Assembly (NCBI GenBank): GCA_044226625.1
Contig: JBGAGQ010000002.1
Location: 32,001 to 96,000 of the forward strand
Reading direction: 5' to 3'
DNA length: 64,000 nucleotides
Source of the DNA: Thermoanaerobaculia bacterium
GTDB taxonomy: Bacteria > Acidobacteriota > Thermoanaerobaculia > Multivoradales > UBA5704
Below are positions 49,870 to 58,862 of this stretch, in pieces; position 1 is the stretch's first letter; each line of letters starts with the position of its first letter. Below the pieces are notes generated by a model. That model was not told the DNA's origin and did no database searches. It saw only the letters and a list, made by a program, of their open reading frames with translations. The position numbers were made by a program, and so were the translations under genes.

Positions 49870-52800
49870 ATGGCGGAGAAACTCGTTCGGTTGGATTTCT
49901 CTCTCGGGCGGCTACTCGACGCGATCGCCCCTCGGGGACCGCGCGAGCTACGCGTCGCGGTTCGGCGGCCGGACGATCTACTGGTCTTCGATCTCCGGGT
50001 CGATCGCCTGGAGCTGCGAGGGGGCGAAGAGCCGCGGCTCGTCCGCTCCGGGGCGGGGCTGGCCCGGTTGATCCTCGAGCTTCCGCCGCAGAGCTTTGGG
50101 GAGGAAGCGTTCCTCGAGGTCCCGGCTCCCGAGACCGACGTCGACAGAGAGCCGGCGAACTTGAAGAAGCGTAACGTGCCGGTCGGCGCGACCGAGCCGG
50201 TGCCGCCACTCCCCTCCGCGCGGATCCGCATGTCCGGCCCGAGCCGACTCGCGTTTCTGATGCCCGAAGCGGTCGACGAGCTGCCGTTCACGCTGGAGGC
50301 CGTGCTCGGGGCGATGCGCACCTGGCCGCTCGCCCTCGATCTGTGCGCCGTGCCCGATCCGAATCCGCGTCTCGACGGGCGCTTCGACGGCCTGCATCTT
50401 TCCGATCTCTCGTCCTCGGCCGGCTGGCTCTCGACGGTCCACGTGCTCTCCTCGGCCCTCGAAGCGGCAGGGGCCCACGGCTTCGAGCGCGCCCTGAAGG
50501 CCGCGGCGCGGCGGGTCGCCGAGCGGTCCGCCGGAGGGCTCGCCGGCGAACGCGAGCGTAGGGGCGCCGCTCGGGGAGGCGAATCGGACTTCGGTCTGGA
50601 TGCGTTTTCCGACGTGATGCTTCGCGCGCTCGACGTCGAGATCGATCCGCTGCTCGGGAAGTTTCCGCTCCTTCGAGAAGGGCCTCATCACCGGGCCGCC
50701 ATCGCCGCCCTGGCGCTCGCCTCGGCGGGCTCTCTCGCCGATCTCGCGGGGCCGCTCGAGGATCTCGACCTGACGGCGAAAATCCCGTGGCTGCCACTGC
50801 TGCTCGAGCCACACGAGCCCTCCGGCAAAGTGACCGCGATCGAGCTGCCGTACCGCCTGATCCTGACGCCGATCGAGGCGGCACGGTTCCGGCACCGGGC
50901 CGCGCCGTTCGTCCACGCCGGCCGGACGGAGCTCTGGCATACGCGCCTCGCGACCGCGGCGGGGGAGGCCGGTCCCGACGGCACGTCGAAGGTGCGCGCG
51001 TTCTGGTCGCCCGACGTTCCGCTGCCCGCTCCCGAGCCGTTCCGATCGAGCCTCGCCCCTCTCGATCGAAAGATGCTGGTCCAGCTGATGGCGGGTTTCC
51101 AGGAGATCCGGGCCGACCGTGCTCCCTACAAACCGCGCGCGGCGAAGGCCGACCGACTCCATCTGTCGGCGCTCGGCGGTCTGCTCGACTCCGAAGGGAA
51201 TTGGGACAAGCGGCCGGGCACCGTCGACATCGAGCAGTGGCGGCACCTCGCGACGCTCGGTCGCGACCATTACGTCCGCGTGGTCTACGCCGGACGCCTC
51301 TATCCGTTCGGGCACAGCGCCTCGCTGGTCAAGGTGACCGAGCGAAAATTCGAGGCGCTCGACGCGCGCGCGCCCAGACGCCGGGCCGCCGTGCTGCGCC
51401 AGCGGTTTTTCCTCGTCGTTCGCGAGCGGGTCCGGCTCTACGACGGCTCGCGGCACCCGTACGAGGGACGCAACTTCCCGTTCACCCGCGTGGAGATCCT
51501 CACCCGCGTCACCCCGGACCTGCGGGACCCGGGCAAGCCGGGCACCGTGAGCGCGCTCGTTCCGGCCCCGGGCGACGTGATCTTCGACCCGGCTCTACCG
51601 GTCGTCCCGCGGATGGCGTTCTGGCCGGTCGCCGCGGACGGGACGTTCCGTTTCGAGATCCGGACCCTCGATCCATGCGGACACGAGGCATCGTTCAACC
51701 TGCCGCTTCTCTTCGTCGGCGAGACCGCGAACCGGTTGAAGCCCGTCGAGATCCGCCGCGCCTACGACGAGCCGGGGACCGTATCGCGGCGGATCGCCTC
51801 GCTCGGCGGAGCGACCGTCTGCTACGTGCCTTGCAGCCCCGGCACGCTCGGCACCCCCTGCCTGCCGACCGAAGCGCTCACCTTTTGGGCGGGCGATACG
51901 ACGGACGTTCGGCCGCTCGACGCGAACGTCTATCCGGAGGTCTCGCTCACCGACTTTTCGATGTCGGTGTTCGAAAAGCTGCTCGGCCGAAAGGCGTCGG
52001 CCCGGGCGCGCTATGCCGACGCGTATCGCGACCACGGGTTCGGCGGCGACAACCCGGGCGAGGTCTTTCTTGCGCTCGATCCTGCCCTGCCTCTGCGCTT
52101 CGGCGGCGGCGCGGGGGAGGCCAAGAGCGACGCGCTCGGCGCGATCGCGGCGCCGCAGATGGCGATCTTCGGTCTCTCGCGCATCATGGGGCCGGTGGCC
52201 TCCAAGCCGAGCGGCGGCTCGGTCGATACGGCGGTGGCCGGGACGTTCGATCCGAAGGAGTTCTTCGACGGCGCCACAATCCTCGGCGGCGTCGATCTCG
52301 GGACGATCTTCGACGGGGCGAAAAATCTCGCGGGCGACGACGTGCCGAAATTCCTCCACCGCGAGCTGCCCGACCGGCTGGAGGCTTCGTTCTCGTGGGA
52401 CTCCGAGGTGAAGCGCTCCGATCCGCTCAAGCTCCTGATCCCGCGGGCCGACGGCGCGTCGCCCACCCGGCTCATGATGAAGGGGATCTCCTCGGCGCCG
52501 CTGTCCGACCCCTCGGGCGCCACCTATCGCGCGACCGCCTCGCTCGACAACTTCAAGATCAACCTGTTCGGCTGCATCATCCTCTGGTTCGAAGAGCTTC
52601 GATTCGACGCGCAGAAGGGGCGCAGGCCCGATGTCGTGGTGCAGCTCAAGGCGGGGGAGGACGGGGTGCGGTTCGGCGGACCGCTCGAGTTCGTGAACAC
52701 CCTCCGCCAGGTGATCCCGGCGAACGGCTTCTCTGACCCGCCCGCGCTCTCGGTGACGCCGAGCGGCATCGAGGCGGGCTACTCGCTCAACCTTCCCACC

Positions 52801-53415
52801 CTGGGCGTGGGGGTTTTCACCCTCTCGAACGCCTCGCTCGGCGCCGCGTTCGCCTTGCCGTTCGACTCGCGGCCCGCCGCCGTTCGTTTCAATTTCTCCG
52901 ATCGGGCGCACCCGTTCAGCCTGACCGTCTCGGCGCTCGGTGGGGGTGGATTCTTCGCGATCGGCGTGACCGCCCGGGGGGTGAACGAGATCGAGGCGGC
53001 GCTGGAGGTCGGGGCGGCCCTCGCGATCGACCTCGGCGTCGCCTCGGGGTTCGTCGAGGCGAAGGTGGGGATCTATTTCCATTGGCTCGAGCCGACCCCC
53101 GGCAAGGGCTCGGTCGAGCTCGCGGGGTATGTGCGGCTCTACGGCGAGCTCTCGGTGCTCTCTCTCGTGTCGGTTTCTCTCACCTTCTACCTCCAGCTCG
53201 CCTACCGGAAGGACCAGGCGGTCCACCGCTCTTCCGTCTGGGGGGAGGCGACGCTCACCGTCGAGATCGAGCTGCTGTTCTTCAGCTTCGACGTCTCGGT
53301 CACCTGTCGCCGCGAGCTCGGGGGAGCCGAATCGGATCCCAAGTTCATCGACCTGATGCCGAGCTCCCGCGCTTGGAGCGCCTATTGCGACGCGTTCGCC
53401 GAAGAGGGGATCTGA
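49870..53415 (+). CDS. Large hypothetical protein (~1,180 aa) with beta-strand-rich C-terminus (DUF6603-like, tentative)
   Basis: Long ORF with coding-like GC bias, ATG 49870, no signal peptide; C-terminus of alternating-hydrophobic strands 'GGGGFFAIGV...EAALEVGAALAIDLGVASG.VEAKVGIYF'. Confidence 0.75.
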   Translation: MAEKLVRLDFSLGRLLDAIAPRGPRELRVAVRRPDDLLVFDLRVDRLELRGGEEPRLVRSGAGLARLILELPPQSFGEEAFLEVPAPETDVDREPANLKKRNVPVGATEPVPPLPSARIRMSGPSRLAFLMPEAVDELPFTLEAVLGAMRTWPLALDLCAVPDPNPRLDGRFDGLHLSDLSSSAGWLSTVHVLSSALEAAGAHGFERALKAAARRVAERSAGGLAGERERRGAARGGESDFGLDAFSDVMLRALDVEIDPLLGKFPLLREGPHHRAAIAALALASAGSLADLAGPLEDLDLTAKIPWLPLLLEPHEPSGKVTAIELPYRLILTPIEAARFRHRAAPFVHAGRTELWHTRLATAAGEAGPDGTSKVRAFWSPDVPLPAPEPFRSSLAPLDRKMLVQLMAGFQEIRADRAPYKPRAAKADRLHLSALGGLLDSEGNWDKRPGTVDIEQWRHLATLGRDHYVRVVYAGRLYPFGHSASLVKVTERKFEALDARAPRRRAAVLRQRFFLVVRERVRLYDGSRHPYEGRNFPFTRVEILTRVTPDLRDPGKPGTVSALVPAPGDVIFDPALPVVPRMAFWPVAADGTFRFEIRTLDPCGHEASFNLPLLFVGETANRLKPVEIRRAYDEPGTVSRRIASLGGATVCYVPCSPGTLGTPCLPTEALTFWAGDTTDVRPLDANVYPEVSLTDFSMSVFEKLLGRKASARARYADAYRDHGFGGDNPGEVFLALDPALPLRFGGGAGEAKSDALGAIAAPQMAIFGLSRIMGPVASKPSGGSVDTAVAGTFDPKEFFDGATILGGVDLGTIFDGAKNLAGDDVPKFLHRELPDRLEASFSWDSEVKRSDPLKLLIPRADGASPTRLMMKGISSAPLSDPSGATYRATASLDNFKINLFGCIILWFEELRFDAQKGRRPDVVVQLKAGEDGVRFGGPLEFVNTLRQVIPANGFSDPPALSVTPSGIEAGYSLNLPTLGVGVFTLSNASLGAAFALPFDSRPAAVRFNFSDRAHPFSLTVSALGGGGFFAIGVTARGVNEIEAALEVGAALAIDLGVASGFVEAKVGIYFHWLEPTPGKGSVELAGYVRLYGELSVLSLVSVSLTFYLQLAYRKDQAVHRSSVWGEATLTVEIELLFFSFDVSVTCRRELGGAESDPKFIDLMPSSRAWSAYCDAFAEEGI

Positions 53416-53417
53416 GA

Positions 53418-56400
53418 ATGGCCCGCCAATCGCTACTCTGGACCGCGTTGCCGAACGGCCTTTCCGAGGATGGCGCGGGCGTGCTCGTCTCGGTAATGGT
53501 CTCGCCCCGGCTCGACCCGGAAGGGGATCCCAACCTCCTGAGCAGCTTCGACAAGGACTGGCTCGACTGGCCGGGGACGCTTCGCGCCGCGACGTTCCGG
53601 ATCTCCTATGCCGGAACGGCGATCGAGATCCCTGCGGCCCAGAGGACCGGGCCGAGCCGGGTGGACACGCATTCTTTCGGAGCGTTCGACTCCGCGGTCT
53701 GGAGCGCGGTCTTCCGTCCCGACCTGCCGGTGGCCCCTTATCGGTTCACCGATCTGTCGGACCACGCGGTCGTCTCGTTCGACGCGGTGGAGGTCGGCGA
53801 GCGGATCCGCGATCTCTACGCTCGTCTCGCGACGTCGCCGAGCACGTCCCATGGGGAATTGCCGACCGCCACGGAGTTGGTCGACGACCCCGCCTGGCGC
53901 GAGCTGATCGATGCCGTAACGACGCTCGACCGCGACGACACGACGGTCGACTACCGGACCGGCCTGCGGAAGCCCGACCGGATGTACGAGGGGTACCGGA
54001 AGGGCCGGCTTCCGCTCGCCTACACCCGCTACGCCGAGCTCGGGAAGCTCGCCCTGTTCCACACTCCGGCGCAGAAACCCACCCCCGTGGTCGACCGTCC
54101 ACGCACCGACGATCCCCGCATCGGGGCGAGCTGGATGGAGCACGAGAGGAAACCCCTGCCGACCCCGGCCGAGCTCGCCGAGCGGCTCGATTTCCATCGC
54201 GTCGTCTCGGCGATGAATTCCTACCCGACGCTCCTGCGCAAGCTCGGCCTGGTGGTCGACCTGATCCTCGACCGCTCCCTCCTCGCCCCCGCCGCCGACG
54301 CGCCCTTGGTCGCCGAGGTGCTCTTTCCCGAGGGCGCGCTCTCGGTGCCGAGCGCGCCGAGCGTCTCGCCGGTCACCCACGCCCGGCTCTCGGCCCGCGG
54401 GTTCCGCGCGGTCTCGAATCCGAGCCCGCCGGCCGGGGCGTTTCGCGTTCAGCGGGGACTCGTCGATCTCGATCCAAAGCGGTTCTCGGTACTCGAAGCC
54501 GACGTCGACGGCGGAGCGCTCAAGCTGCTCGGCTTCGCCCGCTCGCTCCGACGCTACGTGGGCGACCTCGAATCGCGGGCGAACCCGGTGACCCGGTTCG
54601 AGGAGCAGACCGGTGCGCCGAGCCTTCGCGGTGCGGGGATGACGCTCGTCCAGACCGGACGCGGCGGCATGCTCGAAGAGCGCTTCGAAGCCAATCGGAA
54701 GAAGAACGAAGCGGCCGAGAAGGCGTTCGCCGATCAGCCCGTCTCAGCGCCCGAACTCTGGGCCGAGGACCTCGTACGCGGCTTCCGGTTCGACGTGTGG
54801 GACCGGACGACCGGGCTCTGGCGCTCTCTCTGCCGACGCCGCGCGCGATATGAGCTTGCGAACGGCGTGGAGGTCGAGCCGGAAGCGGGGGAGGAGGAGG
54901 GGACGATTCGGCTCGGCGCGTCCCGTTCGCCCGAACCCGAGACCAACCCGGTCGTCCATCTGCACGAGGCCGTGGTCAGCTGGAACGGCTGGAGCCTCGC
55001 CGCTCCCCAGCCCGGCCGGGCGATCCTCCCCGACGACGGCTTCGATCCGACGAGCGAAGCGACCCTGGCCGAGGCGCCCCCGGGTATCGAGTTCCGATCG
55101 CTTCTTCAGCCGGTTCGAGGGTCGCTGCCGCGGCTCCGCTTCGGACGTGAATATTGGCTGAGGGCGCGGACCGTCGATCTGGCGGGCAATTCGCTCGCGC
55201 CGCGGACGTCGGACTTCGGGACCGAGCAGCCGGGGCAGCGCGCGCGCCCGTTCCTCCGTTACGAGCCGGTGGCCGCCCCGGTCCTCGCCCTGGTTCGCCC
55301 GGAAGGGGGAGCGACGGAGATCCCGCGGGAAGGGGAGTCGATGCACCGGATCGCGATCCGGAGTCGGAACGACGCGCCGGCCGACAATGCGAGCCCCACG
55401 CCGGAGGTCGCGCGCCGCTTCGCCGTGCCGCCGCAGGTGAGCGTGCGCGAGGCCGAGCTGCACGGCCGCCTCGACACGGACGGTCGGGTCGACGCGAACC
55501 TCTTCGACCTGCTCGCGCACGTGAAAGACCGCGACGCGCACGATCCGGAGGCGACGCTGGTCGAGGAGACTCTGTTCACCTCCGGTCCGCTCGACCCCGC
55601 GCCGGTCGCTTCGCAATGGGCCGTCTATCGGGACGGCCGGAGCCTCACCTACCTCCCCGATCCTCTCGCCGAGGCGGCCGCCGTGCGGATTTTCGGTCAT
55701 CCGGATCTTCCCGACGGCGAGAGTTTGGAGATCCCACTCTATCCGGAAGCCGATGGCGACCCCGCGGTCGCCTGGCCCGAAGCCGCGCCCTGGAAGATCG
55801 AGCTCTTCGAGCAACCCGGCGCCACCCTCACCTTCGACCGCGAAACCCGGACGCTCCGCATCCCCCTTGCGAAGGGCGATCGGGCGACGCTCCGCGTGTC
55901 GATGCGCCTGTCGAAACAGGCGCTTCGGGAGGTGATGGGGATCTGGCGCTGGATCCCCGCGGCCGATCGTGACGCGCTCGAAGCGATGGCGCTCCGTGGC
56001 GAGCACTGGATGCTCACCCCTTGGCGCACGGTGGAGCTCGTTCACGCGGTCCAGCGGCCTCTCCTTGCCCCGGAGATTCTGCGGCTCCAGGTCGACCGCG
56101 ACTTCGGCGCGACCGCGGCGACGCCCTCGTTTCTGGCGAGCTGCAGCTTGAAGAGCACCGATCGGGTGGAGCTCCACGCCGAATGGCACGAGCCGAGCGA
56201 CGATCCGGAGGCGGCGGCGAGCCGCGACATAGGCATCGACCGCGCGCGCGGCGACGTGGCCTTCGCGGTGAAGATCACCGATCCCAAGTCCTACGCGACT
56301 TCGGGGCCCGCGCCGGGGACCCCTGAGCACGACATCCCGGCCGCCGACCGCATCGAAGTCGGCTCGTTCCACCGTCGCGGGGAGCGGCGACGCCACGAGT

Positions 56401-57752
56401 TCGCCGACACCCGCTACCGGCGGATCGAGTACTGGCTCGAAGGAACCACCCGATTCCGCGAGTACCTTCCGGCCGACCTGCTGCTCGAGGGCGGTGGCCC
56501 CGAGACGACCGACGAGCACGTGAAAGTCGTCGGCCCGCGGAGGGTCGAGTGGATCAAGAGCTCGGCGCCGCCTCCCGCGCCGGGGATCCTCTACGTCGTG
56601 CCGACTTTTGGCTGGGTTCGGACGGAAGACGAACGGGGCAACGCTTCGAGCTGGCGCCGCGGGGGTGGCCTGCGCGTCTATTTCGAGCGGCCGTGGAACG
56701 TCTCGGGTTACGGGGAAATGCTCGCCGTGGTCCTTCCTCCGGCGGACTTCGCGGGCGATCCCGATCGCGAGCCGGCATCGAGCCCGCTCAAGAATCAGGT
56801 AACCCAGTGGGGCAACGACCCGATCTGGGATTCGGCGTTCGTTTCCGGCCTCGCGCCGAAGCGGGAAAGCTTCCCGCTCGCGCGCACCGGACCCGACCTC
56901 ACGGCCGCCTGGCTACCCGCGGGTGCGCCGGTGACCGAAGCCGATCAACCCCCCGCGCCGTTCCAGGTCCGGGACCTCCGCACGCCGAACGGAGCCCCGG
57001 TCGAGGTGGCGCCGCACGACGCCTTCTACGATCCGGACCGCAAGCTCTGGTACTGCGACATCGAGGTGAGCCAAGGAGCCTCTTACTGGCCGTTCCTCCG
57101 CCTCGCGCTCGCGCGCTACCAGCCGGTCTCAGTCCCGGGGGCGCATCTCTCTCAGGTCGTGCTCGCGGATTTCATGCCACTCACGGCCGACCGCTGGCTG
57201 AGCGTCAACCGGACCGACGATCCGCGGCGGCGGACCGTCTCGGTGTCCGGTTTCACCTCTGACGATTCGAGCGGCCACCGGGAGTCGCCCTCGATCTCTC
57301 CGTCCGGGGTGATCGAGGTCTGGGTCGAGCGGCTCGAGCCGGAACTCGGAGAAGACTTCGGCTGGCGCCGGGAGACCGGCGCGGTCGTTCAACCCAAGGC
57401 TTCAATCGCTGGAGCCGTCGCGGGCGGGCTCGCCGAGCAGGCGTTCGAACGGACGTCCGCCCTCGCCGGCCGCTTCGTCCCCGCCGATCGCCTCTCGCAG
57501 GGCCTGGAGCTCTACCGGGATCGCCGCTACGCCGAGCTCGCCTCCGAACGGCTAGTGGAGGAGATCTTCCCGTTCCTGTTCCTCTGGCGCGGGGAGGTAA
57601 CCCTCCCGGCAGGCGCGCGCGATGGTGAGAGATACCGGCTGGTGATCGCCGAGTACGAGGAGTACCTCGTCGACGATCGGGAGTCCGACGATCCGTCGGC
57701 GACGCAGAAGGGCCGCCGGCTGGTGTTCGTGGAGCACGTGGAGCTGAGGTAG
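53418..57752 (+). CDS. Large hypothetical protein (~1,440 aa), coupled to upstream gene
   Basis: ATG 2 nt after the upstream stop, with RBS GAGGGG; FN3-like 'PRLRFGREYWLRARTVDLAGNS'; 'RRGGGLRVYFERPW', 'WYCDIE...RLALARYQP'; no signal peptide. Confidence 0.78.
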   Translation: MARQSLLWTALPNGLSEDGAGVLVSVMVSPRLDPEGDPNLLSSFDKDWLDWPGTLRAATFRISYAGTAIEIPAAQRTGPSRVDTHSFGAFDSAVWSAVFRPDLPVAPYRFTDLSDHAVVSFDAVEVGERIRDLYARLATSPSTSHGELPTATELVDDPAWRELIDAVTTLDRDDTTVDYRTGLRKPDRMYEGYRKGRLPLAYTRYAELGKLALFHTPAQKPTPVVDRPRTDDPRIGASWMEHERKPLPTPAELAERLDFHRVVSAMNSYPTLLRKLGLVVDLILDRSLLAPAADAPLVAEVLFPEGALSVPSAPSVSPVTHARLSARGFRAVSNPSPPAGAFRVQRGLVDLDPKRFSVLEADVDGGALKLLGFARSLRRYVGDLESRANPVTRFEEQTGAPSLRGAGMTLVQTGRGGMLEERFEANRKKNEAAEKAFADQPVSAPELWAEDLVRGFRFDVWDRTTGLWRSLCRRRARYELANGVEVEPEAGEEEGTIRLGASRSPEPETNPVVHLHEAVVSWNGWSLAAPQPGRAILPDDGFDPTSEATLAEAPPGIEFRSLLQPVRGSLPRLRFGREYWLRARTVDLAGNSLAPRTSDFGTEQPGQRARPFLRYEPVAAPVLALVRPEGGATEIPREGESMHRIAIRSRNDAPADNASPTPEVARRFAVPPQVSVREAELHGRLDTDGRVDANLFDLLAHVKDRDAHDPEATLVEETLFTSGPLDPAPVASQWAVYRDGRSLTYLPDPLAEAAAVRIFGHPDLPDGESLEIPLYPEADGDPAVAWPEAAPWKIELFEQPGATLTFDRETRTLRIPLAKGDRATLRVSMRLSKQALREVMGIWRWIPAADRDALEAMALRGEHWMLTPWRTVELVHAVQRPLLAPEILRLQVDRDFGATAATPSFLASCSLKSTDRVELHAEWHEPSDDPEAAASRDIGIDRARGDVAFAVKITDPKSYATSGPAPGTPEHDIPAADRIEVGSFHRRGERRRHEFADTRYRRIEYWLEGTTRFREYLPADLLLEGGGPETTDEHVKVVGPRRVEWIKSSAPPPAPGILYVVPTFGWVRTEDERGNASSWRRGGGLRVYFERPWNVSGYGEMLAVVLPPADFAGDPDREPASSPLKNQVTQWGNDPIWDSAFVSGLAPKRESFPLARTGPDLTAAWLPAGAPVTEADQPPAPFQVRDLRTPNGAPVEVAPHDAFYDPDRKLWYCDIEVSQGASYWPFLRLALARYQPVSVPGAHLSQVVLADFMPLTADRWLSVNRTDDPRRRTVSVSGFTSDDSSGHRESPSISPSGVIEVWVERLEPELGEDFGWRRETGAVVQPKASIAGAVAGGLAEQAFERTSALAGRFVPADRLSQGLELYRDRRYAELASERLVEEIFPFLFLWRGEVTLPAGARDGERYRLVIAEYEEYLVDDRESDDPSATQKGRRLVFVEHVELR

Positions 57753-57784
57753 AGGGAAGGCGAGGGAGAGCCAACGGCTCGAGA

Positions 57785-57811
57785 GGCCCGCCCCGATTCG
57801 CGGGGCGGGCC
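57785..57811. terminator. Hairpin between convergent genes (probable bidirectional terminator)
   Basis: ggcccgccccg-attcg-cggggcgggcc, perfect 11-bp stem between the stop at 57752 (+) and the stop at 57821 (-). Confidence 0.7.
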
Positions 57812-57820
57812 GGACCCGCG

Positions 57821-58000
57821 TCAGCAGCTGGTGCAGTTCGTCCAACGGAACGTCGCGCACTGTCCGATCGATTCGATGGGACAAATGCAGTCGCTCCGTT
57901 GGCTCCCGACCCCGCCCTGGGCCGCTTGGAGAGCGCGCCGGCTCAAGGACAGTAAGGTTTCACGATGGAGTCCGAGCTTCTTGGCCTGTTTCGTCTTCAT
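57821..58000 (-). CDS. 59-aa RiPP (lanthipeptide-like) precursor peptide with double-glycine leader; absent from ORF track
   Basis: Hand translation: MKTKQAKKLGLHRETLLSLSRRALQAAQGG|VGSQRSDCICPIESIGQCATFRWTNCTSC*. RBS GGAGG 4 nt upstream of ATG and terminator hairpin directly downstream; core has 5 Cys and 7 Ser/Thr. Confidence 0.8.
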   Translation of the reverse strand: MKTKQAKKLGLHRETLLSLSRRALQAAQGGVGSQRSDCICPIESIGQCATFRWTNCTSC

Positions 58001-58134
58001 GAGACCTCCGGAGTTGATGGTTCGCTAACTCTATCCCGGTCCGCGGAGTGAGAGTTCCTTGCTCCGATTGACGGCATCCACGTCTGCGCATGTCCGCGGG
58101 CCTCGCGTCTACGCCTGCCGTCCGGGAGAGACGA

Positions 58135-58809
58135 CTAGACAGGTAAGTGCCATCGCAGTCCGTAGGGAAGCTCGCGCGGTCCGAAGAGAAAGTGAAGAAC
58201 GCGGCGCTGGTTCGTTCCGACCGCCTTCGAGGAGGCGTGAAGTAAAAGCGGTCGCAGGAGAAGGGCGCCGCCCCGCTCCACAGAACAGATGACGGCTGCC
58301 TCTGCCTGGCGAAGGGCGTCCACGGTCGCTCGCTCGATCCGCCCCTGTCGGTGTGACCCCGCGATCACCTGGAGCGGACCATCGTTCGGTCCGCAGGGAT
58401 CCAGATGGAGACGTAGAGCCACCAGCCGCTCCAAGATTTCGGGTGGAGGCTGAACGAACAGCGTTCCTTCTTTCGTGGACCAGCCGCGAAGCTCGGTCGC
58501 TTCGACCCGCTCCGCCACCGGGATGCTCAAGTCCTGATGGAACGGAACGAGCCAATTGCGAGAAGCGGACTTCGCAAAGTAGGTGCACTGCGTCGCGACG
58601 TAATCCGAGGGAACGAGATTCTCGACCTGGGTGCTTTCCCGAATCCGAACCGACAGCGCGGTGCACCAATCGAGCGAAAGGAGAGACCGCGAACCGGCGG
58701 ACTCCGCCAGGTCGTCGGTGATCCTCCCGAGAATCTCCTCGCATTCGGCCTCGCTGAGAAGACCGGGAAGGACTTCGAATCCGCGCGAGGAAAACGAGTC
58801 CGTCAGCAT
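58135..58809 (-). CDS. Phytanoyl-CoA dioxygenase (PhyH) family 2OG-Fe(II) oxygenase
   Basis: Likely start ATG 58809 (MLTDSFSSRGFEVLPGLLS); HxD 'PFHQD', 'NDGPLQVIAGSH', distal His 'LLHAS', 'RRVLH'. Confidence 0.88.
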   Translation of the reverse strand: MLTDSFSSRGFEVLPGLLSEAECEEILGRITDDLAESAGSRSLLSLDWCTALSVRIRESTQVENLVPSDYVATQCTYFAKSASRNWLVPFHQDLSIPVAERVEATELRGWSTKEGTLFVQPPPEILERLVALRLHLDPCGPNDGPLQVIAGSHRQGRIERATVDALRQAEAAVICSVERGGALLLRPLLLHASSKAVGTNQRRVLHFLFGPRELPYGLRWHLPV

Positions 58810-58862
58810 GGATGGCGCATCAGGTGATGTGACGGGGGTGTTTCGCGGTTTCGCTGGTGCCT

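Noticed and set aside
11000-58000. Calling the accessory region a mobile genomic island or prophage
   Set aside because: No integrase, transposase, tRNA attachment site, phage structural genes or flanking direct repeats were seen.
57831-58028. 65-aa + strand ORF in the track
   Set aside because: Antisense to the better-supported minus-strand peptide gene, which has an RBS, leader motif and terminator.
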